Shown: piece by piece, positions 37,747-48,835 of the stretch
Layout of the letters: every line of letters starts with the position of its first letter
Position numbering within the stretch: the stretch's first letter is position 1
NCBI GenBank assembly: GCA_963801605.1
Contig: CAWDFP010000006.1
Location: 1,472,001 to 1,536,000, forward strand
Length of the DNA: 64,000 nucleotides
Direction of reading: 5' to 3'
Source of the DNA: an uncultured candidate division Zixibacteria bacterium
GTDB taxonomy: Bacteria; Zixibacteria; MSB-5A5; UBA10806
Position numbers and translations under genes: made by a program
The notes under the pieces: model-generated
The model's database searches: none
Told to the model about the DNA's origin: nothing
Seen by the model: the letters and a program-made list of their open reading frames with translations, nothing else

Positions 37747-38034
37747 ATGACTCGTTCCTTAAAAAAGGGACCTTATGTAGACGAAAGGCTGATGAAAAAG
37801 ATTGACGCCTTGAACAATACCGGTGAGAAAAAGGTCATCAAGACCTGGGCGCGCCGGACCACCATCTCTCCGGAGTTTGTGGGGCACACTTTAGCTGTGC
37901 ATAACGGTAATAAATTCATCCCGATCTATGTCACTGAAAATATGGTCGGTCACAAGCTTGGAGAATTTTCCCCCACGCGTATTTTCCGGGGACATTCTGG
38001 CAAGATAACAGAAAAAAGCACGGCGATAAAGTAG
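37747..38034 (+). CDS. rpsS: 30S ribosomal protein S19
   Basis: 'RSLKKGP', 'GHKLGEF'. Confidence 0.99.
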   Translation: MTRSLKKGPYVDERLMKKIDALNNTGEKKVIKTWARRTTISPEFVGHTLAVHNGNKFIPIYVTENMVGHKLGEFSPTRIFRGHSGKITEKSTAIK

Positions 38035-38043
38035 GATAATACA

Positions 38044-38478
38044 ATGGAAGTTAGAGCCGTTTCGAAATATGTGCGCATGTCGCCCCGTAAAATCAGGCGG
38101 GTGGCAGATTTGATTAAAGGTGAGTCAGTTGACCGGGCCCTGGGGATTTTGCTTCTTACGCAAAAAGCCGCCAGTAAAGCCCTTTACCGGACTCTCAAAT
38201 CAGCCGCCTCCAACGCCATCGCTTCCGAGGGGACAAGCAAACTTAAAGTTGAAAATTTATTCGTCAAAGATGTTAAAATTGACGGTGGACCGACCTGGAA
38301 AAGGATCCGGCCCGTGGGCATGGGACGAGCCTATATGATTCGCAAGAGAACCGCGCATATCGGCATTACGCTCATTGAGAAAAAGCCCAAAGTAGTAGAA
38401 CCTGTTGCGGTCAAGAAGACAAGGAGGCCGAGTGGGACAGAAAGCCCATCCGTACGGTCTAAGACTGGGGATAGTTAA
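38044..38478 (+). CDS. rplV: 50S ribosomal protein L22 (3' end uncertain; overlaps rpsC)
   Basis: '[12 protein letters not shown]', 'IRKRTAHI'. Confidence 0.93.
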   Translation: MEVRAVSKYVRMSPRKIRRVADLIKGESVDRALGILLLTQKAASKALYRTLKSAASNAIASEGTSKLKVENLFVKDVKIDGGPTWKRIRPVGMGRAYMIRKRTAHIGITLIEKKPKVVEPVAVKKTRRPSGTESPSVRSKTGDS

Positions 38479-39378
38479 AACCTGGAAATCCAAGTGGTTT
38501 GCCACTCGGAATTTCTGCAGATCTATTGCAGGAAGACCTGCTTATCAGGCGCTATGCCTATAAAAGGCTCGAACACGCCGGTATTGCGGCTGTTGAGATC
38601 CTGCGCGCACCCAAGAAGGTGACGATCGATATTCATACCGCCCGTCCGGGTATCGTCATCGGCAGAAAGGGGGCCGAAGTCGACAACCTGAAAGGTGAGC
38701 TTGAACTCCTGACCGGTAAAGAAATTCTCCTCAATGTTATTGAGGTTAAAAAACCGGAGCTTTCCGCGACTTTAGTTGCTCAATCGATTGCCAAACAGCT
38801 CGAGGGTCGTGTCAGTTTCCGCCGCGCTATGAAAAAATCAATGGCGGCTACCATGAAATCCGGCGCTGATGGTATCAAGATTTGCTGCAGTGGACGACTC
38901 GGCGGAGCGGAAATCGCCCGCATCGAAAAATACCATGATGGTCGCGTACCGCTGCATACGCTCCGTGCCGACATCGATTACTCACCCGCGACTGCTCATA
39001 CCACCTATGGCACTATCGGTGTCAAAGTGTGGATTTGTCTCGGTGAGAAATACGGCATCGAGGAGATTGAAACCGAGGCCACCAGAGATGCAGCCCTGGG
39101 TCTTGAAGAGAAGCCGGCCGAGAGCAAACGTCGTCGGGCTCGTTATAGAAAACAACAGGAAGCTGCACCCGAGGGCGGCGATAGAATCAAGCCATCGGCT
39201 AAGGCTCTGGATAAAGCCCACAGACGTCCCAAATGGTCCGGCCCGCGCCGTCCCGAAGGCGGCGGCGGTAGGCCAGATAATCGCCCCGATAACAGGCCGA
39301 ATAGACCTGATAACAGACCTGATAACAGACGCGATAATCGTGACAAACCTCAAGGCGGTAGCTGGAGGTGGCGTCTAA
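38432..39378 (+). CDS. rpsC: 30S ribosomal protein S3 with a long low-complexity tail (+1 shifts near 38513 and in the tail)
   Basis: GGAGG then [16 protein letters not shown]...SKWFA joins '[10 protein letters not shown]', '[10 protein letters not shown]', '[10 protein letters not shown]'; TAA at 39376 overlaps the rplP ATG. Confidence 0.92.
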
Positions 39379-39803
39379 TGTTAATGCCGAAAAGAGTTAA
39401 GTTCCGTAAACAGCAGCGCGGACGCCGTCGCGGCAAAGCTTATCGCGGTTGCGAAGTGGATTTTGGTGAATATGGTCTCAAGGCTATGGAGCCTGCCTGG
39501 ATCACCAATAAGCAGATCGAGGCCGCTCGTGTCGCTCTGACACGCCATATCAAGCGCGGTGGTAAGGTCTGGATTCGCATCTTTCCCGATAAACCGGTAA
39601 CAAAAAAGCCGGCTGAAACCAGAATGGGTAAAGGTAAAGGCGCTCCGGAATTCTGGGTTGCGGTGGTAAAACCCGGAAGAGTGATGTTTGAACTCGAGGG
39701 AATCACCGAGCCGCTGGCCAAAGAAGCGTTGAAACTTGCGGCTGCCAAATTGCCGATAAAAACTAAATTCGTAACCCGTCATGATATGACGACCGGGGAC
39801 TAG
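39378..39803 (+). CDS. rplP: 50S ribosomal protein L16
   Basis: '[11 protein letters not shown]', 'RMGKGKG'; own GGAGG at 39364. Confidence 0.97.
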   Translation: MLMPKRVKFRKQQRGRRRGKAYRGCEVDFGEYGLKAMEPAWITNKQIEAARVALTRHIKRGGKVWIRIFPDKPVTKKPAETRMGKGKGAPEFWVAVVKPGRVMFELEGITEPLAKEALKLAAAKLPIKTKFVTRHDMTTGD

Positions 39804-39808
39804 AGAAT

Positions 39809-40039
39809 ATGAAGCCTCGTGAATTAAGAGATTTGACAAAAGATGAAATCCTCGTCAGGAAAGAGGAATTAAGTCGCGAAATATTTAACCTGAAAATCCG
39901 TCAGGCTACCAAGCAGATCGATAATCCCCTGCGCATCAGGGTTCTGCGTCACGAGCTTGCTCGGATTACGACTATCCTGCATGAGGATGAGCATGATATT
40001 AGAAAATTGGCTTCTAAAGGAGAAATTAAGAATGCCTAG
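39809..40039 (+). CDS. rpmC: 50S ribosomal protein L29
   Basis: 'ELRDLT', 'FNLK', 'LARITT'. Confidence 0.93.
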   Translation: MKPRELRDLTKDEILVRKEELSREIFNLKIRQATKQIDNPLRIRVLRHELARITTILHEDEHDIRKLASKGEIKNA

Positions 40040-40286
40040 GGGCGCGCGCAAAACCAGATCTGGAGTGGTTGTCTCCAACAAAATGGACAAGACGATCGTG
40101 GTCTCAGTAGAGCGCCTGTTCAAGCATCCGGTTTTCGGTAAGACGGTGCGGATCAGCAAAAAACTCTATGTTCACGATCAGGAGAATAAGGCCAAGCCCG
40201 GTGATAAAGTAGTCGTTGTGGAGACTCGGCCGCTGTCCAAGACTAAACGATGGAGATTACTCGAGATCACCGAAACAGCTAAGTGA
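40032..40286 (+). CDS. rpsQ: 30S ribosomal protein S17
   Basis: 'VVSNKMDKT', '[10 protein letters not shown]'. Confidence 0.97.
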   Translation: MPRGARKTRSGVVVSNKMDKTIVVSVERLFKHPVFGKTVRISKKLYVHDQENKAKPGDKVVVVETRPLSKTKRWRLLEITETAK

Positions 40287-40307
40287 TTTTAGGGGCGGGA
40301 GAGCGTA

Positions 40308-40676
40308 ATGATACAAGAATATTCTAAACTAAATGTAGCAGACAATTCCGGGGCCCGGATTGTGCAATGCTTCAGGATTCTGGGCGGGACCCGGCGGCGC
40401 TACGCCCGCATCGGCGATATTATCGTGGTTTCAGTCAAGGATGCCATTCCGGGAGCGGCGGTCAAGAAAAGCGAAGTCGTCAAGGCCGTTGTGGTTCGCA
40501 CCACTCGCGAAACCAGGCGCAAGGACGGTTCCTATATCCGCTTTTCCGATAATGCGGCCGTTATTATAAATGATCAAAACGAGCCTCGCGGCACGCGTAT
40601 CTTCGGGCCGGTGGCCCGCGAGCTCCGCGAAAAGCAGTTTATGAAAATAATCTCTTTGGCGCCGGAAGTACTTTAG
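40308..40676 (+). CDS. rplN: 50S ribosomal protein L14
   Basis: 'VADNSGA', 'GTRIFGPV', 'SLAPEVL'. Confidence 0.99.
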   Translation: MIQEYSKLNVADNSGARIVQCFRILGGTRRRYARIGDIIVVSVKDAIPGAAVKKSEVVKAVVVRTTRETRRKDGSYIRFSDNAAVIINDQNEPRGTRIFGPVARELREKQFMKIISLAPEVL

Positions 40677-40687
40677 AGGATGATATT

Positions 40688-41000
40688 ATGAAAATTCGTA
40701 AAGGTGATACAGTCAAGGTCATTGGCGGGAAACGATAGGGGCAAGGTCGGAAAAGTGCTCAAGGTTTTCCCCGATAAAAACCGGGTGATTATCGAGGGTG
40801 TCAATCTGATTAAAAGACATTCCCGTCCCACTCCCAAAAACCGCAAGGGCGGTATCGTGGAAAAGGAAGGTACCATTAACGCTTCCAACGCCATGTTCTT
40901 CGATGCCCGTTCCAACACGGTGGCCAGGCTGGGTCACAGAATATTAGCCGATCGTAAGAAAGTTCGAATTAATAAGAAAACCGGAGAGATCATAGAATAA
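40688..41000 (+). CDS. rplX: 50S ribosomal protein L24 (+1 frameshift near 40725)
   Basis: [12 protein letters not shown] joins [11 protein letters not shown]...IEGVN. Confidence 0.94.
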
Positions 41001-41001
41001 A

Positions 41002-41544
41002 ATGGCCAGATTAAGGAAACAATATTTTGACGAAATCAGGTCTGCCCTTCAAAAGACCTTGAATCTCAAGAACGTTATGGAAGTCCCGCGCCTTGAGAAA
41101 ATCATCGTCAATATCGGAGTTGGTGAGGCTATTGCCGACGCCAAGAAACTCGATGCCGCCGTGGCTGATCTGACTGCCATTACCGGCCAGAAACCGGTGG
41201 TCAGGCGGGCTCGCAAATCGATTTCCAATTTCAAGCTCCGCGAGGGTATGCCGGTAGGTTGTTCCGTAACCTTGCGCGCCGATAAAATGTATGAATTTCT
41301 GGATCGACTCATCAATGTGTCCATCCCGCGTATCAGAGATTTTCGCGGCATTCCTGCCAAGTCATTCGACGGTCGTGGTAATTACACTTTGGGTGTCACC
41401 GAGCAGATTATTTTCCCGGAAATTGATTATGATAAAATAGATAGAATAAGGGGCATGAACATAACGATCGTCACCACGGCCAGGACCGACAAGGAGGCGT
41501 TCGAGCTTTTGCAGGCCTTTGGAATGCCTTTTAAGAGGAATTAA
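41002..41544 (+). CDS. rplE: 50S ribosomal protein L5
   Basis: 'ITGQKP', 'PRIRDFRG', 'FDGRGNY'. Confidence 0.99.
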   Translation: MARLRKQYFDEIRSALQKTLNLKNVMEVPRLEKIIVNIGVGEAIADAKKLDAAVADLTAITGQKPVVRRARKSISNFKLREGMPVGCSVTLRADKMYEFLDRLINVSIPRIRDFRGIPAKSFDGRGNYTLGVTEQIIFPEIDYDKIDRIRGMNITIVTTARTDKEAFELLQAFGMPFKRN

Positions 41545-41548
41545 CTGT

Positions 41549-41734
41549 ATGGCAAAAAAGTGTAAAATAGTTGCTTCCCTGAAGAAACCGAAATTTGAGG
41601 TTCGCCGCCATAACCGTTGCCGTCGATGCGGCCGGCCGAGAGCCTACCTCCAAAAATTCGGACTCTGCAGAATCTGCTTCCGCGAGCTGGCTCTGTCAGG
41701 GGAGATTCCGGGCATCACAAAGGCAAGTTGGTAG
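41549..41734 (+). CDS. rpsN: 30S ribosomal protein S14, zinc-binding type Z
   Basis: 61 aa with 'CRRCGR' and 'CRICFRE'. Confidence 0.97.
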   Translation: MAKKCKIVASLKKPKFEVRRHNRCRRCGRPRAYLQKFGLCRICFRELALSGEIPGITKASW

Positions 41735-41741
41735 GTGAAAT

Positions 41742-42140
41742 ATGAGCATGACTGATACAATAGCCGATTTCTTAACCAGAATACGCAATGCTGCCAAGGC
41801 TAAGCAGCGCCGGGTCAATATTCCGTCGTCGGCCATGAAAATCAGGGTCGCCGAGGTTCTCAAGAGGATGAATTATCTGCGCACCGTCGATTTTGTCGAA
41901 GATGGCAAGCAGGGGATCCTCGTTGTCAGGCTGAGATATACGCCTGATTCCAAGAGCGTCATCACCGGGCTGGAGAGAATCTCTAAACCTGGTTTGAGGA
42001 TATATTACGATAAAGATAAACTGGCGGCAGGTTCTCGCAAGATGGGTTCAGTGATACTTTCCACCTCGCGCGGAATCATGACCGATAAAGAAGCTCTCGA
42101 AGCAGGCGTCGGCGGCGAAGCCTTGTTCCGGGTTTGGTGA
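41742..42140 (+). CDS. rpsH: 30S ribosomal protein S8
   Basis: 'IADFLTRIRN', 'SKPGLRIY', 'STSRG'. Confidence 0.98.
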   Translation: MSMTDTIADFLTRIRNAAKAKQRRVNIPSSAMKIRVAEVLKRMNYLRTVDFVEDGKQGILVVRLRYTPDSKSVITGLERISKPGLRIYYDKDKLAAGSRKMGSVILSTSRGIMTDKEALEAGVGGEALFRVW

Positions 42141-42156
42141 GTCGAGGAGTATAATT

Positions 42157-42696
42157 ATGTCACGAGTTGGTAAACAGCCCGTCCCGATTCCGCCCGGCGT
42201 AAAATTTACCCGCGCCGGCGATAAGATTACGGTTGAGGGACCAAAGGGCAAACTTTCTCAGAATATCCATTCTGAAATCGCTACGGAAATCAAGGACGGC
42301 GAGATTATCTTCACCCGGCCTTCTGATTCCAAGTATAATCGCGCTCTTCACGGGCTCTACCGCGCTCTGGTGGCCAATATGGTCAAAGGCGTGACCAAGG
42401 GTTTTACCCGCGAGCTCGAAATTGAAGGTGTCGGATATAAAGTCGAACAAACCGGCAAGGCTTTTACCTTCGCTCTTGGTTTTTCGCATCCTATTTCGGT
42501 TTTACTCCCCGAGGGAGTAGAGATTAAAGTTAATGCGCCTACCAAATTTGTTGTCTCTGGTATCGACAAACAGTTGGTTGGCCAGGTAGCATCCAAGATT
42601 CGTTCTTTCAGGCCCCCTGAGCCATACAAGGGCAAGGGAATAAGATACGCTGGCGAACATATCAGACGTAAAGCCGGCAAGACAGCAGGAGCATAA
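42157..42696 (+). CDS. rplF: 50S ribosomal protein L6
   Basis: 'MSRVGK', '[11 protein letters not shown]'. Confidence 0.99.
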   Translation: MSRVGKQPVPIPPGVKFTRAGDKITVEGPKGKLSQNIHSEIATEIKDGEIIFTRPSDSKYNRALHGLYRALVANMVKGVTKGFTRELEIEGVGYKVEQTGKAFTFALGFSHPISVLLPEGVEIKVNAPTKFVVSGIDKQLVGQVASKIRSFRPPEPYKGKGIRYAGEHIRRKAGKTAGA

Positions 42697-42700
42697 TAGA

Positions 42701-43063
42701 ATGGCTAATAAACAGGCATTTAAGCGTGATGCCAGGTTAAAACGGGCCGGCAGAGTCAGAGGTAAGATTAAGGGCACAGCCGAGCGTCCGCGCCTGGTTG
42801 TTTTCAAGAGCCTGAATCACGTCTACGCTCAGCTTGTCGATGATCTCCAGAAAAAAACCATTACTGGAGTCTCAAGCTTGAAAGGCAGCGTCAATGCCAC
42901 CGGCAAAAAGATGGAAAAAGCCAAAGCAGTTGGCACCGCCATCGCCGAAAAAGCCAAAGGCTTGGGCATTAATAAGGTGGTATTCGATCGTTCCGGCTAT
43001 CTCTACCATGGCAAAATCAAAGCCCTGGCTGAGGCGGCTCGTAAAGCGGGTTTAGAGTTTTAG
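42701..43063 (+). CDS. rplR: 50S ribosomal protein L18
   Basis: 'RPRLVVFKS', '[10 protein letters not shown]'. Confidence 0.98.
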   Translation: MANKQAFKRDARLKRAGRVRGKIKGTAERPRLVVFKSLNHVYAQLVDDLQKKTITGVSSLKGSVNATGKKMEKAKAVGTAIAEKAKGLGINKVVFDRSGYLYHGKIKALAEAARKAGLEF

Positions 43064-43082
43064 TCCTATAAGAGAGGTGAAA

Positions 43083-43571
43083 TTGGCGAGGTTTAACGAA
43101 GAGCAGTTTGAATTCCAGGAAAAAGTAATTCATGTCAATCGCGTTGCCAAAGTTGTGAAAGGCGGACGGCGTTTCAGCTTTACCGCTTTGGTGGCGACCG
43201 GCGATAAAAACGGCAAGGTTGGCATCGGATTGGGAAAAGCCGCGGAGGTTTCCGAAGCTATCCGCAAGGGAAGTGAAGCTGCCAGGAAAAACATGATCCC
43301 GGTGCCTATTGTCGGCGGCACTATTTCCAAAGAAGTCATCGGCCAATTCGGGGCTGCCAGCGTCCTTTTGAAACCGGCTGCTCCCGGCACAGGCGTTATT
43401 GCCGGCGGGCCGGTGCGTGCGGTATTGGAATCCGCAGGAATACAGGATATCCTGACCAAATCGCTTGGCTCGACCAACCCTCATAATGTTGTTAGGGCTA
43501 CTATAGACGGTCTTTTGAAGCTCAAGAGCGTCGAGGAACTCGAAGCTATCAAGGATATGGAGAGTAAGTAA
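43083..43571 (+). CDS. rpsE: 30S ribosomal protein S5
   Basis: '[12 protein letters not shown]', 'GTGVIAGG'; TTG start after GAGGTG. Confidence 0.97.
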   Translation: MARFNEEQFEFQEKVIHVNRVAKVVKGGRRFSFTALVATGDKNGKVGIGLGKAAEVSEAIRKGSEAARKNMIPVPIVGGTISKEVIGQFGAASVLLKPAAPGTGVIAGGPVRAVLESAGIQDILTKSLGSTNPHNVVRATIDGLLKLKSVEELEAIKDMESK

Positions 43572-43759
43572 TGCCTGGGAAATTGGAAATTAAGCAGGTC
43601 AGATCCCTGGCCGGCTCAAACGATAAACAACGGCGGGTGATGCAGGCCCTCGGCTTCAGGCATCGCGAACAGGTCGTGGTTCACCACGATTCTCCGTCCA
43701 TTCAGGGGATGATCGACAAGGTTCGTCATCTCGTGGAGGTTACGCAGAAAAATGATTAA
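43571..43759 (+). CDS. rpmD: 50S ribosomal protein L30
   Basis: 'QVRS', 'GMIDKVRHLV'. Confidence 0.95.
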   Translation: MPGKLEIKQVRSLAGSNDKQRRVMQALGFRHREQVVVHHDSPSIQGMIDKVRHLVEVTQKND

Positions 43760-44201
43760 ACTTTCCGATTTGAAGCCAAGCCCCGGTTCTGTAAAGAATC
43801 GCAAACGCGTTGGCCGCGGCCCGGGCAGCGGGCACGGCAAGCAATCCACGCAGGGCGGTAAGGGGCAAAAGGGAAGCTCCGGCTATAAAAGCAGACGTCA
43901 CAAAGAGGGCGGTCAGATGCCGCTTCAGAGACGTATTCCCAAGCGGGGCTTTAGCAATCATTTCCGAATCGATTACCAGGAGATCAATATCGGATCTCTA
44001 CTGGCGCTCGATGTGCCGGAAATCACGGTTGAGATTTTGCGTAAAGCCGGCCTGGCCACCAGGAAGAACATGCCCATCAAAATTCTGGGCAATGGCGAAC
44101 TGGGAAAAGCCTTAACGATCAAGGCCCATGCTTTTTCGGCTTCGGCCAAAGAGAAAATCGAAAAAGCCGGCGGCAAAGCCGAAATAATCAAGAAAGCATA
44201 A
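43752..44201 (+). CDS. rplO: 50S ribosomal protein L15
   Basis: 'RVGRGPGSG', 'EGGQMPL', 'KILGNG'. Confidence 0.98.
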   Translation: MIKLSDLKPSPGSVKNRKRVGRGPGSGHGKQSTQGGKGQKGSSGYKSRRHKEGGQMPLQRRIPKRGFSNHFRIDYQEINIGSLLALDVPEITVEILRKAGLATRKNMPIKILGNGELGKALTIKAHAFSASAKEKIEKAGGKAEIIKKA

Positions 44202-44262
44202 GGTCCATCATCATTGAAATTCTGACGCGGGTAATATCAGGGGGATCAACAGGTGAGGAATA

Positions 44263-45591
44263 ATGGCGTTTGATAGTGTAAGAAATATTTTTAAGATACA
44301 TGAGCTCAGGCAGAGAATTCTTTTTACTCTCGGCCTTTTGGTTGTCTATAGGATAGGCGGCCATATCCCTACCCCGGGAATTGACGTTACGGCTCTTGAA
44401 AGATTCAATCCCGGCGGTTTGCTCAATTTATTCGACCTGTTCGTAGGTGGTGCCTTTACCAAGGTCACCATCTTCGCGCTGGGCATCATGCCCTATATCT
44501 CGGCCTCGATTATCATTCAGCTTTTGGGAGCGGTTATTCCCTTTTTCCAACGGCTGCAGAAAGAGGGCGAGGAAGGCCGGCGGAAAATCACCCAGTATAC
44601 TCGTTACGGCACTGTGCTTATCGCCGCTATGCAGTCTATGGGTACCGCCATTTATCTTTCCGAGCAAACCAATCCGACCCTCCTTCTTCCCGGTATCTCA
44701 AAAATGTTTTTCATTCTGATGACGATGGTTACTTTCACCTGCGGCACGATATTTATCATGTGGCTTGGTGAAAGAATTACCGAACGAGGTATCGGCAATG
44801 GTATTTCGCTGATCATCTTCATAGGCATTATCGCCAGACTGCCGATCGCGGTTATGGATGAAATTGCCAAGTTCTTTCCCGGGCTCTTCGGCATGACCGG
44901 CGTGGCCCGCGGAAATATTATTAAAGAGCTTCTGATAATTGTGTTCATGGTTGTTATCGTGGCGGCCGTGGTGCTTGTCACCAGGGCTCAGAGACGGATA
45001 CCCGTTCAGTATGCCAAAAGGGTAGTCGGACGAAAAGTGTACGGCGGCACCAGCACTCATATACCGCTGTCGGTCAATACTGCTGGTATCATCCCCATCA
45101 TCTTTGCACAGTCGATCATGTTTGCTCCGCAAACCATTTTTTCATTCTTCCCGGATAGCAATTTTATGATGATGCTTTCCGGATGGTTCAGCCCTACCTC
45201 GGTTGTGTACATGGTGGTTTACTCGTTGCTTATTATATTTTTCGCCTATTTCTACACTGCTATCGTCTTCAACCCGGTTGATTTGGCGGATAACATGAAA
45301 AAACAGGGCGGATTTATTCCGGGTATCAGGCCGGGTCAGCGCACAGCTGAGTATATCGACCGCATCCTGACCAGGATCACTCTTCCCGGAGCCTTTTTCT
45401 TTGCAATTATCGCGGTTTTGCCGAATATCATGTCGCGGCTCGCGGATGTTCAGTTCTACTTCGGTGGAACCGGGCTTCTGATTGTGGTTGGCGTGGCGCT
45501 CGATACTTTACAGCAGATCGAGTCGCATCTGTTGATGAGACATTATGACGGATTTATTAAGAAAGGGCGATTGAAAGGGCGTTATAGCTGA
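44263..45591 (+). CDS. secY: Preprotein translocase subunit SecY
   Basis: 'LGIMPYISASII', 'GIGNGISL', 'IPGIRPG', 'GGTGLLI'. Confidence 0.99.
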   Translation: MAFDSVRNIFKIHELRQRILFTLGLLVVYRIGGHIPTPGIDVTALERFNPGGLLNLFDLFVGGAFTKVTIFALGIMPYISASIIIQLLGAVIPFFQRLQKEGEEGRRKITQYTRYGTVLIAAMQSMGTAIYLSEQTNPTLLLPGISKMFFILMTMVTFTCGTIFIMWLGERITERGIGNGISLIIFIGIIARLPIAVMDEIAKFFPGLFGMTGVARGNIIKELLIIVFMVVIVAAVVLVTRAQRRIPVQYAKRVVGRKVYGGTSTHIPLSVNTAGIIPIIFAQSIMFAPQTIFSFFPDSNFMMMLSGWFSPTSVVYMVVYSLLIIFFAYFYTAIVFNPVDLADNMKKQGGFIPGIRPGQRTAEYIDRILTRITLPGAFFFAIIAVLPNIMSRLADVQFYFGGTGLLIVVGVALDTLQQIESHLLMRHYDGFIKKGRLKGRYS

Positions 45592-46232
45592 TGCGGATCA
45601 TCTTCTTGGGGCCGCCCGGATCCGGCAAAGGAACCCAGGCGAAGAAGCTGGCGCAGAAATTTGGTCTCGAACATATTTCAACCGGAGACATCCTGCGCGA
45701 TGCAATCAAGAAGAAAACGCATTTGGGTATTAAAGCCGCAACTTTCATGGACGTAGGAGAGCTTGTACCGGACGATGTTATATTGGGGATTATCAAGGAG
45801 AAGCTCTTGACTATGATGGGCAAAGGCTTTATATTTGATGGTTTCCCCAGAACCACGGCCCAGGCTGATGGTCTGGATCGGATGCTCGGGGAACTTGGTA
45901 TAAGCATTTCCAAGGTTGTCAACCTTGATGTTCCCGATGAGGTCATCGTTAAAAGGTTGGAATCGCGAGTGCTTTGCAATAATTGCGGCCAGGATTATAA
46001 TATCGAAAGCAGGCCGCCAATCTCCTCCGATACATGCGATGTTTGCGGAGGAAAGCTTTACCGTCGGGCAGATGACTCTGCCGGAATTATCGAAAATCGC
46101 CTTAAGGTCTATCGCGAAAAGACCAAGGTGATTGAAGATTTTTATCGCTCAAAAAAACTTTTGATCGATATCGACGGCAATAGAAGTTGCGATGATGTTT
46201 TCAATTCTATCGCACAGGCCGTTGTTGATTGA
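45591..46232 (+). CDS. adk: Adenylate kinase with a zinc-binding lid
   Basis: 'GPPGSGKGTQ', 'DGFPRT', lid CNNC and CDVC. Confidence 0.98.
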   Translation: MRIIFLGPPGSGKGTQAKKLAQKFGLEHISTGDILRDAIKKKTHLGIKAATFMDVGELVPDDVILGIIKEKLLTMMGKGFIFDGFPRTTAQADGLDRMLGELGISISKVVNLDVPDEVIVKRLESRVLCNNCGQDYNIESRPPISSDTCDVCGGKLYRRADDSAGIIENRLKVYREKTKVIEDFYRSKKLLIDIDGNRSCDDVFNSIAQAVVD

Positions 46233-46234
46233 AG

Positions 46235-46981
46235 ATGATACAGCTTAAGTCGCCGCGCGAAATCGAATTGATGCGCCAGGCGGGCAGGATCGTTGCTGAG
46301 GTCCTGGAATTGATCTCTGAAAACATAAAACCCGGTGTCACCACCAAAACCTTGGATCGGCTCGCCGCCGAGTATTTCAAAAAACGCGGCGCGAAACCTG
46401 CCTTTCTCGGATACCAGGGATTCCCGGCCAACATCTGCGTCTCTATTGACGACGAAATTGTGCATGGCATTCCCGGTGACCGTAAATTGGTCGAGGGCCA
46501 GATCGTCAGCATCGATGTTGGTTCCATCCTCAATGGATACTATGGCGACGGAGCCAGAAGTTTCGGGGTGGGCGAAATCAGCCCGGAATCCAAACAGCTT
46601 TTGGAGGTGACAGAAGATTCTCTTAATAAGGGAATCGAGCAGTGCCGAGTCGGAAACCAGTTAGGAGATATCTCCGCGGCTATCCAGACTTATGTAGAGG
46701 CCAGGGGATTCTCGGCGGTCCGAGATCTGGTTGGTCATGGTATCGGTCGGAAGATGCATGAGGAACCAAAGGTCCCAAACTATGGTAAACCCGGCACTGG
46801 GATGGAGCTTAAAGAGGGCCTGGTGATGGCTATCGAGCCCATGATTAACGCCGGCGGATATGATATCCGTATCCTGCCTGATGGCTGGACGATAGTTACC
46901 GCTGATGGCTCCAACTCGGCTCATTTCGAACATACTGTGGCGGTGACCGCAAACGGTCCGGAAATATTAACTGTAAGGTAG
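46235..46981 (+). CDS. map: Methionine aminopeptidase type I
   Basis: 'IVHGIP', 'GHGIG', 'AIEPM', 'SAHFEHT'. Confidence 0.98.
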   Translation: MIQLKSPREIELMRQAGRIVAEVLELISENIKPGVTTKTLDRLAAEYFKKRGAKPAFLGYQGFPANICVSIDDEIVHGIPGDRKLVEGQIVSIDVGSILNGYYGDGARSFGVGEISPESKQLLEVTEDSLNKGIEQCRVGNQLGDISAAIQTYVEARGFSAVRDLVGHGIGRKMHEEPKVPNYGKPGTGMELKEGLVMAIEPMINAGGYDIRILPDGWTIVTADGSNSAHFEHTVAVTANGPEILTVR

Positions 46982-46982
46982 A

Positions 46983-47201
46983 ATGGCTAAAGAAGACGTA
47001 ATTGAGGTTGAAGGAAAAGTTATTGAGCCGTTGCCCAATGCCATGTTTAAGGTTGAACTTGACAATGGACATCAGGTGTTAGCGCATATCTCGGGCAAAA
47101 TGAGGATGCATTTTATTAAAATATTGCCCGGTGACAAGGTGACTCTGGAATTGTCGCCTTACGATTTGAATAGGGGCCGGATAATTTACCGGCATAAGTA
47201 G
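46983..47201 (+). CDS. infA: Translation initiation factor IF-1
   Basis: 'LPNAMF', 'HISGKMR', 'SPYDL'. Confidence 0.99.
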   Translation: MAKEDVIEVEGKVIEPLPNAMFKVELDNGHQVLAHISGKMRMHFIKILPGDKVTLELSPYDLNRGRIIYRHK

Positions 47202-47216
47202 AATAGCGGAGATAAA

Positions 47217-47330
47217 ATGAAAGTTCGTTCGAGCGTAAAAATCCGTTGTGAAAAATGCAAGATTGTTAGGCGCAAGGGTGTGGTCAGAGTTATCTGTTCC
47301 AATCCCAAGCATAAGCAGCGTCAGGGATAA
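47217..47330 (+). CDS. rpmJ: 50S ribosomal protein L36 (absent from the ORF track)
   Basis: [37 protein letters not shown]. Confidence 0.98.
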   Translation: MKVRSSVKIRCEKCKIVRRKGVVRVICSNPKHKQRQG

Positions 47331-47342
47331 AAGGAGGTTTTT

Positions 47343-47723
47343 TTGGCACGTATCGCTGGCATAGACCTGCCGCGTGATAAGAGAATAGAGGCAGCCCTGC
47401 CCTACATCTATGGCATCGGCCCGGCGGCAACGCAGAAAATTCTGCAAAAGTCCGGTATCGATCCCAATATTCGAGTCAAGGATATGACTGAAGATCATGT
47501 CTCGAAGATTCGTACCATTATCGAGCAGGAATATAAAGTCGAGGGCGCTCTCCGCACCGAAATAAATATGAATATCAAAAGGCTGATCGATATCGGTTCT
47601 TATCGCGGCCTTCGACATAGACGGGGACTTCCCGTTCGCGGCCAACGTACCAAGACCAACTCCAGGACTCGCAAAGGTCCCAGAAAAACAGTTGGCAGAA
47701 AAGCCAAAGCAGCCACAGAATAG
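47343..47723 (+). CDS. rpsM: 30S ribosomal protein S13
   Basis: 'ARIAG', 'IYGIG', 'LPVRGQRT'. Confidence 0.98.
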   Translation: MARIAGIDLPRDKRIEAALPYIYGIGPAATQKILQKSGIDPNIRVKDMTEDHVSKIRTIIEQEYKVEGALRTEINMNIKRLIDIGSYRGLRHRRGLPVRGQRTKTNSRTRKGPRKTVGRKAKAATE

Positions 47724-47752
47724 TTAACTTTAATAATATAAGGATGGAGTAA

Positions 47753-48163
47753 TTGGCAGAACAACAACAACAGCCTGTCACAAAACGAAAAAAGGCGAAG
47801 AAAAAAGGGCAAAAGGTAGAATCCGTCGGTGTTGCCCATATCAAATCGACTTTTAACAATACCATTATCTCGATTTGCGATACCAGAGGAAATGTGATCT
47901 CCTGGTCGACATCTGGCAAATCCGGCTTCAAAGGTTCCAAGAAGTCGACACCTTTCGCTGCCCAGATGGCGGCTCAGTCGGCGGCTCGCGAAGCTATTGA
48001 GCAGGGTTTGAAGAGAATCGAGGTTTGGGTTAAGGGGCCTGGCGCTGGTCGTGAGGCTGCGATTAGATCCTTGCAGGCCGCCGGTCTCGAGATCACTGCC
48101 ATTCGCGACGTTACTCCCATCCCTCATAACGGTTGCCGTCCGCCTAAACGGCGTAGAGTTTAA
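47753..48163 (+). CDS. rpsK: 30S ribosomal protein S11
   Basis: 'STFNNT', '[13 protein letters not shown]'. Confidence 0.98.
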   Translation: MAEQQQQPVTKRKKAKKKGQKVESVGVAHIKSTFNNTIISICDTRGNVISWSTSGKSGFKGSKKSTPFAAQMAAQSAAREAIEQGLKRIEVWVKGPGAGREAAIRSLQAAGLEITAIRDVTPIPHNGCRPPKRRRV

Positions 48164-48180
48164 GGGGGCATTGGAAGATT

Positions 48181-48810
48181 ATGGCTAGATATACCGGCCC
48201 AAGTTGCAGATTATGCCGTCGTGAAGGCATGAAGCTTTTCCTTAAGGGCAATCGCTGTCTTACGGATAGATGCGCTATTGAACGGCGCGGATATGCTCCG
48301 GGACAGCATGGGCAAAGCGGTCGCAGGAAAGGCTCCGAATACGGTTTTCAGCTTCGTGAGAAACAGAAAATTCGCCGTATATATGGAATTCTTGAACGGC
48401 AGTTCCACGGTTATTTCGAGAAAGCCTCGCGCTTAAAAGGAATCACCGGCGAGAACCTGCTGGTTCTGTTGGAATGCCGCATGGATAATGTTATTTATCG
48501 TCTGGGATTCGCTCCTTCAAGAAAAGCGGCCCGGCAGTTGGCGCTCCATCGTCACTTTACCGTCAATAATAAAATTGTCGATATCCCCTCGTATCAGATT
48601 AAACCGGGAGATGTCATCAGGGTGCGCGAGAATAGCCGCAATATCGATATGATCCATTTGGCCCTTAAAGATGCCGGCAAGGGATTTGAACTTCCCTGGC
48701 TGCGCCTCGACAAAGCCAAAATGGAAGGCGAGCTGCTCGAGCGGCCAAAGAGACTGGATATCCCAACCACTGTCCAAGAACAGATGGTTGTCGAACTATA
48801 TTCTAAGTAG
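48181..48810 (+). CDS. rpsD: 30S ribosomal protein S4, zinc-binding type
   Basis: '[15 protein letters not shown]', 'QLREKQK', 'VVELYSK'. Confidence 0.98.
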   Translation: MARYTGPSCRLCRREGMKLFLKGNRCLTDRCAIERRGYAPGQHGQSGRRKGSEYGFQLREKQKIRRIYGILERQFHGYFEKASRLKGITGENLLVLLECRMDNVIYRLGFAPSRKAARQLALHRHFTVNNKIVDIPSYQIKPGDVIRVRENSRNIDMIHLALKDAGKGFELPWLRLDKAKMEGELLERPKRLDIPTTVQEQMVVELYSK

Positions 48811-48835
48811 AGCAAACTACGGGAGGCGTGTTAGA

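Noticed and set aside
38400..38478. 47-nt rplV/rpsC overlap as a dual-coding region
   Set aside because: The L22 tail beyond the conserved core is uninformative and may come from a miscalled stop
38499..39803. Apparent S3-L16 fusion protein in the ORF track
   Set aside because: rplP has its own GGAGG and an ATG overlapping a TAA in the +1 frame; the fusion is best explained by one of the many single-base insertions
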